Shown: positions 18,844-27,968 of the stretch, piece after piece
Layout: each line of letters opens with the position of its first letter
Numbering within the stretch: the stretch's first letter is position 1
Source of the DNA: Acidimicrobiia bacterium
GTDB lineage: Bacteria > Actinomycetota > Acidimicrobiia > Spongiisociales > SHLN01
Assembly (NCBI GenBank): GCA_041567895.1
Contig: JBFGAX010000005.1
Coordinates: 1,818-65,817 of the forward strand
Direction of reading: 5' to 3'
Length of the DNA: 64,000 nt
The notes under the pieces: generated by a model
What the model saw: the letters and a program-made list of their open reading frames with translations, nothing else
Database searches by the model: none
Told to the model about the DNA's origin: nothing
Made by a program: the position numbers and the translations under genes

Positions 18844-20015
18844 GGAACCCGAACGATCAGTGCGTCACCCTGTCCCCCACCTCCGCACAGTGCCGCAGCC
18901 CCGAGACCACCACCCCGGCTTCGTAACGCGTTGATGAGGGTCACGACGATCCGGGCTCCGGTAGCTCCCAGTGGATGCCCGAGGGCAATGGCTCCGCCAT
19001 GAACATTCACACGGGAGTGATCGAGTCCGAGATTGTCGGACGACCAGAGGGCGACGCTTGCGAATGCCTCGTTGATCTCGACGAGATCGAGGTCTGATAC
19101 GTCAAACTCCGTCGACTTCAAAGCTCTGCGGATCGCTTCGGCGGGACGTTCGAGCAGTGTGGCGTCCGCACCACCAATTTGTCCGTAAGCAATCACCTCG
19201 GCAAGTACCGGCAATCCTTCTGCCTCCGCAGCCAGAGAATCTGCGACAACGAGCGCCGCGGCACCATCGGACATCTGGGAGGCGTTGCCTGCAGTCAGGT
19301 CACCGTTTTTTGTGAATGCCGGTCGCAGTGACGCCAGCGCCTCGTAGGAAGTGTCCGTTCGAAAACCCTCGTCGGTGCCGATCATCTCGATGCCGGCCCT
19401 GGTCTCGATCGCCACAGGGACGATTTCCTCCGAAAACAGTCCCTCGGCAGAGGCCTGTGCAGCCCGTTGATGTGATTGCAGCGCCCACGCATCCTGGGCC
19501 GGTCGAGTCATGCCAAGCTCTCGATTCCGGGCGTCGGTTGAAGCCCCCATCGTGCACTTGTCGAGGGCGCAGAAGAGACCATCTGTCTCCAGAGCGTCCA
19601 CCAACGTCCCATTGCCGTATTTCAATCCCCACCGAGCTCCCGAAACGAGGTAGGGCGCCTGCGACATCGACTCCATTCCGCCTGCGAGGACGAACTTCGC
19701 CTCTCCGAGACGAATCGCCCTGTCCGCAACTCCGATTGCGCTCATTCCCGAAAGACAAACCTTGTTGATGGTCGTGGACGGAACCGTCATGGGCACACCG
19801 GCTTTGACGGCGGCTTGTCTGCTCGTGATCTGGCCTGTACCCGCTTGCACGACATGGCCGAACCACACTTCGTCGATGAGCGAGGGGTCGAGACCCGAGC
19901 GGTCAATGGCGCCAGACATTGCCGTGGCCCCGAGATCGACTGCCGCAGTGGCACGGAAGGCGCCGCCGAAACGACCGATAGGAGTCCGAGCAATGGAGGA
20001 AATAACGGTTGGCAT
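18840..20015 (-). CDS. Acetyl-CoA C-acyltransferase (thiolase)
   Basis: ARTPIG, NKVCLSG, NEAFA, GGAIALGHP.GATG, CGGGGQG; start at MPTVISSIART. Confidence 0.95.
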   Translation of the reverse strand: MPTVISSIARTPIGRFGGAFRATAAVDLGATAMSGAIDRSGLDPSLIDEVWFGHVVQAGTGQITSRQAAVKAGVPMTVPSTTINKVCLSGMSAIGVADRAIRLGEAKFVLAGGMESMSQAPYLVSGARWGLKYGNGTLVDALETDGLFCALDKCTMGASTDARNRELGMTRPAQDAWALQSHQRAAQASAEGLFSEEIVPVAIETRAGIEMIGTDEGFRTDTSYEALASLRPAFTKNGDLTAGNASQMSDGAAALVVADSLAAEAEGLPVLAEVIAYGQIGGADATLLERPAEAIRRALKSTEFDVSDLDLVEINEAFASVALWSSDNLGLDHSRVNVHGGAIALGHPLGATGARIVVTLINALRSRGGGLGAAALCGGGGQGDALIVRVP

Positions 20016-20097
20016 GAAGAAAAGGCTAGCTGGCGACGACACCCGAACAGAGAGGAATCGACCGTGTTTGACACCGCATGGCAGGTAGCGTGGGGCT

Positions 20098-20436
20098 ATG
20101 ACAGACATGCCAAACATGCAGGAACTGCTCGCCCAGGCCGCCGCAATGCAGGCCAACATGAAGGCTGCTCAGGACGCCGTGTTGCAGCAGGAATTCGAAG
20201 GGACGGCCGGCGGCGGGGTCGCCACGGCCCGGGTTCGAGGCTCCGGAGAGGTGGTTTCGATCGCGATCGACCCCTCGGTCATCGACCCATCAGATCCAGA
20301 GTTGCTCGGTGACCTCATCGTCGCTGCCATCAATCAGGCTCTGGCCCAGGCGACCGAGGCCATGAATACGCAGATCGGCGAGGCGAGCGGCGGCCTCGAT
20401 CTCGGCATCGATCTCGGAGGCATTCTCGGCAGCTGA
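20098..20436 (+). CDS. ybaB: YbaB/EbfC nucleoid-associated protein
   Basis: GTAGGG..., IDPS..D.ELLGDLIVAAINQA; coupled to recR. Confidence 0.92.
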   Translation: MTDMPNMQELLAQAAAMQANMKAAQDAVLQQEFEGTAGGGVATARVRGSGEVVSIAIDPSVIDPSDPELLGDLIVAAINQALAQATEAMNTQIGEASGGLDLGIDLGGILGS

Positions 20437-21029
20437 TGTTCGAACCTCCGATTCAACGACTCGTGGACGAGTTGGCTCGTCTTCCGGGCGTAGGCCAGAA
20501 GAGTGCACAGCGCCTCGCGTTTCACCTTCTCAACGTCGATGAGCACGACGCCAGACGCCTGGCTGACGCCATTATCGAAATGCGAGTTCAGATCCAGCTG
20601 TGTCAACGATGCTTCAACGTGAGTGCGTCAGATCTATGCACCATTTGCTCCGACGGTCGACGGGAACCCGGCTTGATATGCGTTGTCGAACGGGCTCAGG
20701 ACATCGTCGTCGTAGAACGAACACAGGAATTTCGCGGGAGCTACCACGTCCTCGGCGGATCGATATCGCCGATTGCAGGCATCGGTCCTGATCAGTTGAG
20801 ATTCAGGGAACTCCTTGCCAGGGTCGAAGCCGAGGGCATCACCGAAGCCATAGCAGCAACCAATCCGACAATCGAAGGTGACGCCACCGCACTGTACCTG
20901 GCGCAGTTGCTCAAACCACTTGGAGTAAAGGTATCCAAACTCGCATCGGGGCTCCCCGTTGGTGGAGACCTCGATTATGCCGATGAGATCACTCTGGGCA
21001 GAGCATTGATTGGGCGGCAACAGCTCTAG
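20436..21029 (+). CDS. recR: Recombination mediator RecR
   Basis: LPGVGQKSAQR, C4 zinc finger, TOPRIM domain, GLPVGGDLDYAD. Confidence 0.97.
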   Translation: MFEPPIQRLVDELARLPGVGQKSAQRLAFHLLNVDEHDARRLADAIIEMRVQIQLCQRCFNVSASDLCTICSDGRREPGLICVVERAQDIVVVERTQEFRGSYHVLGGSISPIAGIGPDQLRFRELLARVEAEGITEAIAATNPTIEGDATALYLAQLLKPLGVKVSKLASGLPVGGDLDYADEITLGRALIGRQQL

Positions 21030-22915
21030 GGACGCGCGGTCTCATCGTCGTCGACGACCTCAGCGCCGAATTCTTCGATGATCATGTCTGCCGCGTCGGC
21101 GTCGCCGGCCTCGACGAGATTGTCTTTGTCGAGAACAACCTCTTCCTGGACCGGGATCACGGATCGAGCTGACTCTTGAGCGATATAGGCAATCTCGACG
21201 CCTCCGCCGAGAATGTCCGATGCTGCAGTGCCGACGATCATGCGCAGCGCTTCGTCTGCTTCGAGCGCTTCAATATGAAACGTGAGATGAGACGGAATGA
21301 GCAGCCCGAGAACCCCACCGTCGACGGCCGCCGGTTTCGCCTCGCGTAAGATTGCAAATCGTCTCGGCCCAACAGCCTGGCGGACACGGTCGACCAGGGC
21401 CGGCCACTTCGCCGCCACGGCAGACTGGTCCATCGCCGAAATCGGAGAAGCTGCCTCGGGTTCGTCAACCGGCAACGACATCGCTTCTCGAGCGCCGGCG
21501 GCTGCATCGTCGACAGACGCCTGCGCGGTGGGCACAGCTTCAAAAGGTTCCGTGCCGTCGCTGACGACCGTCGCAGAAGGAGTACCGCTGGATACCGGCC
21601 TGGCTGATGATGACGCCGGAATCACGTCGGCCGTTGATCCGGAAGCCGGTCTTGACGAGGCGTCGGGTTGCGATTGTCGGCCGGCAGCACCGGCAACCGG
21701 ACGAGCCGATTCCTCAGCCCGTGATGGTCCGCCAGACGCCTGGTTCGTGTTCTGTGTCCCTCGCCGAACTCTTTCCTCAATCCAATCAATTCGTGCCGCA
21801 AGGGCAGACGGATCGACACTGGTTTCGGGCTTGGTGATCCGGATGATGAGCAGTTCGGTCACAAGCCGCTCCTCGCGCCCGTCGCGCAGCTGAATGAGTG
21901 CTTCTGACATCTGGTCGAGCGCATGCACGACCTGCGAGGGCTGAAGTCGGGCTGCGACCTGCCTCCAGGTTTCGAGATGATCAGCTGGCACATCGACGAT
22001 CTCTTCGACATTGCGCGTGTAGATCGTGAGAAAGACGCCCCTGAAGAACGACATTGCGTCACCCACGAACTTGCGAAGGTCCAGCCCGTTTGCGGCGACC
22101 GACGCGACCAGCTCCAATCCGAGCCGGGCGTCTTGATCGGCGATTGCGTTCGCCAGACGAACGAACGTGTCGTCTGACACGGCACCCAGTGCGTCGCGAA
22201 CTCCCGACACGTCGACCACTCCGTCGCCAAGTGCTGCGATCTGTTCGAGCAAGCTCATCGCGTCTCGCACCGACCCCTCTGCGTGACGAGCAATGGTTGC
22301 GAGAGCATCCGATTGGGCTTTGAACGCTTCCTGGTCAGAAATATGTGCAAGGTGAGTGGCCAGGACATCGATGGGCACCGGGTGGAAGTCAAATCGCTGC
22401 GTACGGCTGCGGACGGTATCGAGGAGCTTGTAAGGCTCGGTGGTTGCGAGAACGAAATGCACATGGTCGGGTGGCTCTTCAAGCGTCTTCAGAAGCGCAT
22501 TGGCGGCGGCACGCGAAAGCATGTGAGCTTCGTCGAGGATGTAGACGCGCTTGTTTCCCTGGACGGACGCCACCGTCCCCACATTCACCCGTATTTCGCG
22601 AATGTCTTCGACCTTGTTGTGCGAGGCCGCGTCGAGTTCGATGACGTCCAACGACGAACCCTCATTGACCCCAATGCACTGTGGACACACGTTGCAGGGT
22701 TCGCCGCTCTCAGAGCGATTCGCGCAATTCAACGATTTCGCGAGAATCCGGGCGGTCGTCGTCTTACCGGTACCTCGCGGTCCGGCGAATAGGTAGGCGT
22801 GCGCGATCCGACCCTCCACCACTTCTTTGGAGAGAGTCTTTGTCACGTGTTTTTGGCCAACGACCTCTTCAAACGTGCGAGGTCGGTACTTGCGATACAA
22901 CGCCTGATACTCCAC
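21026..22915 (-). CDS. dnaX: DNA polymerase III subunit gamma/tau
   Basis: LYRKYRP, GPRGTGKTT, ELDAAS, DEAHMLS, NALLKTLEEPP. Confidence 0.97.
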   Translation of the reverse strand: MEYQALYRKYRPRTFEEVVGQKHVTKTLSKEVVEGRIAHAYLFAGPRGTGKTTTARILAKSLNCANRSESGEPCNVCPQCIGVNEGSSLDVIELDAASHNKVEDIREIRVNVGTVASVQGNKRVYILDEAHMLSRAAANALLKTLEEPPDHVHFVLATTEPYKLLDTVRSRTQRFDFHPVPIDVLATHLAHISDQEAFKAQSDALATIARHAEGSVRDAMSLLEQIAALGDGVVDVSGVRDALGAVSDDTFVRLANAIADQDARLGLELVASVAANGLDLRKFVGDAMSFFRGVFLTIYTRNVEEIVDVPADHLETWRQVAARLQPSQVVHALDQMSEALIQLRDGREERLVTELLIIRITKPETSVDPSALAARIDWIEERVRRGTQNTNQASGGPSRAEESARPVAGAAGRQSQPDASSRPASGSTADVIPASSSARPVSSGTPSATVVSDGTEPFEAVPTAQASVDDAAAGAREAMSLPVDEPEAASPISAMDQSAVAAKWPALVDRVRQAVGPRRFAILREAKPAAVDGGVLGLLIPSHLTFHIEALEADEALRMIVGTAASDILGGGVEIAYIAQESARSVIPVQEEVVLDKDNLVEAGDADAADMIIEEFGAEVVDDDETARP

Positions 22916-23022
22916 GCCAGCAATCTACTTCTTCGGTCTGACGGCCTCGTATCCGGATCCGATCGTGCTTCCTTCCCGCAGGGAGTCTGGAGTTAGGTTG
23001 TCGCCCGGATTACCGTTTACCC

Positions 23023-24030
23023 ATGATTTATGACCGGGACCAGCGCCTGCGCGATGAGGGTGCCCACCTCTCGTCAATGGCAAAACGCAGTGCGGAGACA
23101 AAAGGTCGGGTAGTAACCGAGGACCCAGACCCTTTGCGAACGGACTTCGAGCGCGATCGCGACCGCATCATCCACAACAAAGCCTTCCGACGGCTAAAGG
23201 ACAAAACGCAGGTGTTTGTGTCGCCGCTCAACGATCATGTCATCACCCGCCTGACGCATACGCTCCAGGTAACACAGATCGGTCGGGCAATCTCGAGGGC
23301 GCTTCGCCTCAATGAGCCGTTGACGGAGGCCATCTGCCTTGGTCACGATGTCGGTCATTCGCCTTTCGGTCACATTGGAGAAGAGGCCTTTTCTCCGTAC
23401 GTCGACGGCGATTGGCTTCACTCGGAACAGAGTGTCCGGATTTTCGAGGTGCTCGAACCCGAAAACCTCACGTGGGAGGTTCTCGATGGCATCAGGACGC
23501 ATTCGTGGAGAGTCGAGCCTCCTCCGACCACCGCCGAGGGCATGGTGTGTCGATACGCCGACCGCATTGCATATCTCACCCACGACGTCGAGGATGCTCT
23601 CAGATCAAGGGTCCTGCGGTCGAGCTCAGAATTGCCTCGCTACGGCCTCAAGATCTTTGGAGAACCCGGCAGCGACTGGATTGATGTGATGATCAACGCC
23701 GTGATCTACCAAAGCGAGCGAGACGGGGAGCTGACAATGGAACCATCGGTGCTAGAGGCCATGAACATTGTCCGGGATTTCATGTTCGAGCGCGTTTACC
23801 TTCGTCCCGAGGCAAAGGCGCAGGCCGCAACTGCGGTAGGAGTACTGAGAGATCTCACCGACTACTACCTCGATCGACCGATGGAGATCCCTGCTTCTTA
23901 TCGCCACGAAGACGCCTCCGAGACCCAGGCGGCACTCGACTATGTATCGGGGATGACGGATCGATTCGCGCTCGAGCTCCATCATTCTCTCGAAAGTACG
24001 GGAAGCCTCCGAACGTCGCCGGGGTTGTAG
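23023..24030 (+). CDS. dgt: dGTP triphosphohydrolase-like HD protein (short form)
   Basis: RTDFERDRDRI, RRLKDKTQVF, TRLTHTL, HDVGHSPFGH.GE, DYVSGMTD. Confidence 0.9.
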   Translation: MIYDRDQRLRDEGAHLSSMAKRSAETKGRVVTEDPDPLRTDFERDRDRIIHNKAFRRLKDKTQVFVSPLNDHVITRLTHTLQVTQIGRAISRALRLNEPLTEAICLGHDVGHSPFGHIGEEAFSPYVDGDWLHSEQSVRIFEVLEPENLTWEVLDGIRTHSWRVEPPPTTAEGMVCRYADRIAYLTHDVEDALRSRVLRSSSELPRYGLKIFGEPGSDWIDVMINAVIYQSERDGELTMEPSVLEAMNIVRDFMFERVYLRPEAKAQAATAVGVLRDLTDYYLDRPMEIPASYRHEDASETQAALDYVSGMTDRFALELHHSLESTGSLRTSPGL

Positions 24031-24035
24031 GCGCC

Positions 24036-24848
24036 ATGGAAACGCAACGTGTGGTCTGCTATCGACACCCTGGCGTCGAAACCAGGCTCAGCTGTTCGGA
24101 ATGCGAAAAGCCGATCTGCGTTGATTGCGCCGTTCAGGGCCCGGTCGGACAGAAATGCCCCGAATGTGCACAACAGGTCGGTCGAGGCCGGGTCGTACAT
24201 GCCCGACCTGTGCGCCGCCGAAGCGGTCTTGGTGCCCTTCCCGGTGTCACCCGCGCTCTCCTCATGGCCAATGTCGCAGTTTTTGTTGCAGGACTCGTTC
24301 CGAGTTTCGAGTCGCTGATATTCGAAAACGGTGCCCTCTTCTCCAATCTGACGCTATCTGGTGAGAGTTACCGACTTTTCACCTCCGCATTCATGCACGG
24401 CAGCCCGATGCACCTCCTGTTCAACATGTACGCGCTGTACATCCTCGGCCCTGGCCTCGAGCTGAGGGTCGGCTCGGCGCCGTTCGCCAGCCTTTACGTG
24501 GGGAGCGCCCTCGCCGGCGGCACCTTGTTCGTGCTCATGAATGGAGGAGTGGCAGTGGGAGCGTCTGGCGCGATTTTCGGGCTCTTTGGCGCCTATCTCG
24601 TCATGGCGTACGAACGACGAAATACGCCGATTGGTAACGCCCAGCTGCGAAGCATCGTGGCGATCCTGGGACTCAACGCGGCCATCGGCTTCATAGTGCC
24701 GAATGTGGCGTGGGAAGGCCATCTCGGGGGCTTCCTGGCCGGAGTCGTCATCGCGGCAATTTGGTCTTGGCGCAAACAGACACCGCGCGACATGGTTCTG
24801 ACCGGCGTAGTGGTGGCAATTGCAGCGGTCATTGGCGTCATCGTTTGA
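24036..24848 (+). CDS. Rhomboid intramembrane serine protease with N-terminal B-box-like zinc finger
   Basis: CYRHP..C..C..PIC..C; HLLFNM, GASGA, GHLGG. Confidence 0.93.
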   Translation: METQRVVCYRHPGVETRLSCSECEKPICVDCAVQGPVGQKCPECAQQVGRGRVVHARPVRRRSGLGALPGVTRALLMANVAVFVAGLVPSFESLIFENGALFSNLTLSGESYRLFTSAFMHGSPMHLLFNMYALYILGPGLELRVGSAPFASLYVGSALAGGTLFVLMNGGVAVGASGAIFGLFGAYLVMAYERRNTPIGNAQLRSIVAILGLNAAIGFIVPNVAWEGHLGGFLAGVVIAAIWSWRKQTPRDMVLTGVVVAIAAVIGVIV

Positions 24849-24869
24849 CAGAAGAGTCGGTTCAACGAC

Positions 24870-25199
24870 TCACATTTGCTCGTACATCTCATGGACCTTG
24901 GCTGCAAACACGAAGTCCCCTCGTTGGAGACCTCCGATGGAGTGCGTCCAGATCTCGAGGTCAACTCGTCCCCAGGTGAAAGAGATCATGGGATGGTGGT
25001 CTACCTCTTCGGCGAGCTCTCCAACCGAGTTGACAAACGCCAGCGCCTCGGCGAAATCGGCGAACGTGTAAGTACGGGTCAAGCGTCCGCCTGACGCGGA
25101 CCACTCTTCATCTAATTCTTTTGACAACTCGGCGGCGTCCGCCGGCACGAGCGGGTCTCCTGTATGTCGAATTTCAACGGGTTCGTCTGCAAGTCCCAT
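24870..25199 (-). CDS. Pterin-4-alpha-carbinolamine dehydratase
   Basis: F.DF.EA..FVN.V..LAE.VDHHP, WTH.IGGL..DF..AAK. Confidence 0.9.
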   Translation of the reverse strand: MGLADEPVEIRHTGDPLVPADAAELSKELDEEWSASGGRLTRTYTFADFAEALAFVNSVGELAEEVDHHPMISFTWGRVDLEIWTHSIGGLQRGDFVFAAKVHEMYEQM

Positions 25200-25301
25200 G
25201 ACCATGAGTATGCCCTTTGGAGGCGAAGAACGCCGACCTTTCACACGCATAGCCATATACGTTGTCCGTCTCGATCGCAATTGTGCGTTCGATTACCGCC
25301 A

Positions 25302-25487
25302 CTACTTCTCTTCTACGACGCCCCGCACTCTTGGGAATCGTGCCGGCGAATGGCGGAAACAGAGCTCAGATCGGTTGTATTTGGAGATACGGGTGTCACA
25401 CTCGTCGTTCTCGCATACCCTTCCCTCTGTGTACGTGCGAGGCTTCCGCGCGTTGCCCTTTGGCCAACTTGCCTGTGTCACTGTCAT
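25302..25487 (-). CDS. 61-aa basic Cys/His small protein
   Basis: Strong SD AAGGAGG upstream of ATG 25487; C-x4-C-x12-C-x2-H motif. Confidence 0.7.
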   Translation of the reverse strand: MTVTQASWPKGNARKPRTYTEGRVCENDECDTRISKYNRSELCFRHSPARFPRVRGVVEEK

Positions 25488-25622
25488 CGCACCTCCTTCA
25501 CGCCTTGTATACGGAGCAGGTGCCTGATCTGGATGACGAATTCCGCTGGAAATGCAGGAGGCCGCAGTGGTATGTTCGCCGTGCGATTCACCACACAGGT
25601 ACTCGAGAACGCGGAGGATGAA

Positions 25623-26579
25623 ATGAAGATCGGGTTTATCGGACTCGGCAATGCCGGCGGGAAACTGGCAGGCAGTCTTCAGCGGCACGGATACGACCTG
25701 GTGGTTCGTGATCTCGACGTCGCAGCAGCACAACCCTTCCTCGATAACGGTGCACTCTGGGCGGACTCCCCGCGGGCGCTCGCAGAACAATGCGACATTG
25801 TCATCACATGCCTCCCGTCGCCTGCAATCGTGCGGGAGGTGATGGAGTCCGAAGACGGAGTGCTTGCCGGGTTGAGTGCCGGCAAGACATGGCTCGAGAT
25901 GAGCACTACAGACGAATCAGAGGTGAGGAGAATCGGGGCACTGGTTACCGCCACCGGAGCGGATCCGGTCGACTGTCCGATTTCTGGTGGCTGCCATCGG
26001 GCGGCGACGGGCAACATTTCCATCTTTGCGGGATGCGATCGAACGGTGTTCGAACGCATTCTGCCGGTTCTCACCGTCATGGGCAGAAACATTCTTCACG
26101 TTGGGGACCTCGGCGCAGCCTCCATTCTCAAGGTGGTGACAAACTATCTCGCCTCTGTCCATCTCGTCGCGCTCGGGGAAGCCCTCACAACGGCAAAGAT
26201 GGCCGGGATGGATCTCAATACGACTTACGAAGCGATCCGCATCAGCTCTGGCAACTCCTTCGTACATGAAACCGAGTCTCAGGTCATCCTCAACGGCAGC
26301 TACAACATCAACTTCACCATGGACCTCGTCGTCAAAGACATGAGCCTCTTTCAAGCGATCGCCGACCGAAACAGTGTGCCACTCGAAGTATCGCCCGTGG
26401 TTCTCGACATCTTTCGACGGGGGGAACAGCAACTGGGGCCCCGGTTCTGGTCGTCAGGAATCGTCAAGCTGCTCGAGGACTCTTGTGGCGTAGAGCTGAG
26501 GGCACCCGGATTTCCCGATGAGCTCGTTGACACCGAACCGGAAGAGCCTGGTCACGAGGTCATCCCTGCCTCAGCGTGA
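25623..26579 (+). CDS. NAD(P)-dependent beta-hydroxyacid dehydrogenase (3-hydroxyisobutyrate dehydrogenase family)
   Basis: MKIGFIGLGNAG, DCPISGG, catalytic Lys in LKVVTN; GGAGG SD. Confidence 0.9.
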   Translation: MKIGFIGLGNAGGKLAGSLQRHGYDLVVRDLDVAAAQPFLDNGALWADSPRALAEQCDIVITCLPSPAIVREVMESEDGVLAGLSAGKTWLEMSTTDESEVRRIGALVTATGADPVDCPISGGCHRAATGNISIFAGCDRTVFERILPVLTVMGRNILHVGDLGAASILKVVTNYLASVHLVALGEALTTAKMAGMDLNTTYEAIRISSGNSFVHETESQVILNGSYNINFTMDLVVKDMSLFQAIADRNSVPLEVSPVVLDIFRRGEQQLGPRFWSSGIVKLLEDSCGVELRAPGFPDELVDTEPEEPGHEVIPASA

Positions 26580-26617
26580 CATCGGTGACTCGGCCACGTG
26601 ATGTATTAGGTTTTTCA

Positions 26618-26644
26618 TCATCCGATCCCTATTCGGTTCCGAAT
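26618..26644 (+). promoter_or_regulatory. Candidate SigK-type autoregulatory promoter
   Basis: TCATCC-N15-CCGAAT immediately upstream of the ECF sigma ATG; resembles the mycobacterial SigK consensus CCATCC-N15-CCGAAT. Confidence 0.55.
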
Positions 26645-26646
26645 AC

Positions 26647-27201
26647 ATGAACGATGAAGCCCTCACAGATGACGAGCTTGTTCGGCGCACGAGCGCCGGG
26701 GACAGAACGGCCTTTCGAATGGTCTATGAACGACATTCGGGAAGCGTTCTCGCGCTCGCCAAGCGGGTGTTACGCAACCAGCACCTCGCTGAGGAAGTGA
26801 CCCAGGACGTGTTCGTACAGCTATGGAACGATCCCGATCGATATGACCCATCACGTGGGTCGCTGCGAACGTTTTTGCTCACCATGACGCATGGAAAAAG
26901 CGTCGACAGCGTGCGGTCTGAGACATCTCGACGCGCCAGAGAAGAGCGGGAGGCTCGACTGGTCCCGGTAGTCACAGGCGGCGTCGACGACGACGTCGAG
27001 CGATCGAGCGAGGCAGACATGGTCCGATCAGCCCTCACCGACCTCTCATCCGAACAGCGAGACCCCATCGAGCTGGCCTACTTCGGCGGCCAGACATACC
27101 GGGAGGTCGCCCAAACTCTCGGCCTGCCGGAAGGCACGGTCAAGAGTCGCATACGCATCGGCATGGCAACCCTTGCCAAAAGCATGGGGTCACCGGCATG
27201 A
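26647..27201 (+). CDS. ECF sigma factor, SigK-like
   Basis: AEEVTQDVF, YDPSRGS, LAYFGGQTYREVA..LPEGTVKSRIR. Confidence 0.92.
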   Translation: MNDEALTDDELVRRTSAGDRTAFRMVYERHSGSVLALAKRVLRNQHLAEEVTQDVFVQLWNDPDRYDPSRGSLRTFLLTMTHGKSVDSVRSETSRRAREEREARLVPVVTGGVDDDVERSSEADMVRSALTDLSSEQRDPIELAYFGGQTYREVAQTLGLPEGTVKSRIRIGMATLAKSMGSPA

Positions 27202-27968
27202 GCGTTGAAGGTATGGACGAACAGCTCAGAGAAGATCTGGTTCTCTACGCGCTGGATGCTCTTCCGGCGTCCGAATCGGCTGCGATCGAACGGGCGCTGA
27301 GCGAACGCCCAGAACTCTGGCAAATTGTGATCGAGAACCGTGAAGCTCTTGCTTCTACGACACCCGCATCGCTACCCCCTGCTCCCGACCGCGTGTGGGA
27401 CAATATCGCCTCGGCTATCGGGTTAGACGATGGCGACGCCGAAGTCGTAGCTGCGGATCGCCGAATCGAGAGCGACGCCAATCATCGCGAAGCACCGAGT
27501 TCCGGCAACGTAGCCCCGTTTCCGTCACAACGCATTGCCAGCGGTTGGATGTGGAAGGTCGCCGTGGCTGCGTCGGTCGCCGCGGTTGTGTCTTTCGGTC
27601 TCGGAAGAGCGAGCGTTGGAGGTGGCGACCCCCTAGAGACGCTCGCCAAACAGGTGGCCGAGTCACCCGGCTCCGTCACCGCCACGTTGGAAGCCGACGG
27701 AGTTGCGGCCCAAATCGTGCTGGCCGAGAGCGGTGAAGGCTTTCTCCTCACGGACAACCTGCCCGCTCTCGACCCGAGCCGAACATATCAGCTGTGGGCC
27801 GTTACCGCTGGTGGCGTGACGTCGGCCGGCGTGCTTGGCTCGGACCCGGGAGTTGTAGCATTCCACACGGCGAGAGCCCATGAGGTGGAGGCGCTCGTCA
27901 TCACCGAGGAGAACGCGGGCGGCGTGGTCACCTCAGAAGGAACGGTCGTTGCCACCTGGGGCGTTTAA
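27198..27968 (+). CDS. Anti-sigma factor, RskA-like
   Basis: YALDAL N-terminus, one TM, RTYQLW..SAGV, ITEE..GG; coupled to the sigma gene. Confidence 0.9.
   Translation: MSVEGMDEQLREDLVLYALDALPASESAAIERALSERPELWQIVIENREALASTTPASLPPAPDRVWDNIASAIGLDDGDAEVVAADRRIESDANHREAPSSGNVAPFPSQRIASGWMWKVAVAASVAAVVSFGLGRASVGGGDPLETLAKQVAESPGSVTATLEADGVAAQIVLAESGEGFLLTDNLPALDPSRTYQLWAVTAGGVTSAGVLGSDPGVVAFHTARAHEVEALVITEENAGGVVTSEGTVVATWGV

Noticed and set aside
21026-22915. Programmed frameshift or slippage site in dnaX
   Set aside because: I see no A-AAA-AAG heptamer or long A-run in the linker region
25164-25622. Long N-terminal extensions in the ORF track (also 20016-20159, 32350-32604, 59029-59547)
   Set aside because: They overlap genuine opposite-strand genes, and family homology and SD signals begin at downstream starts
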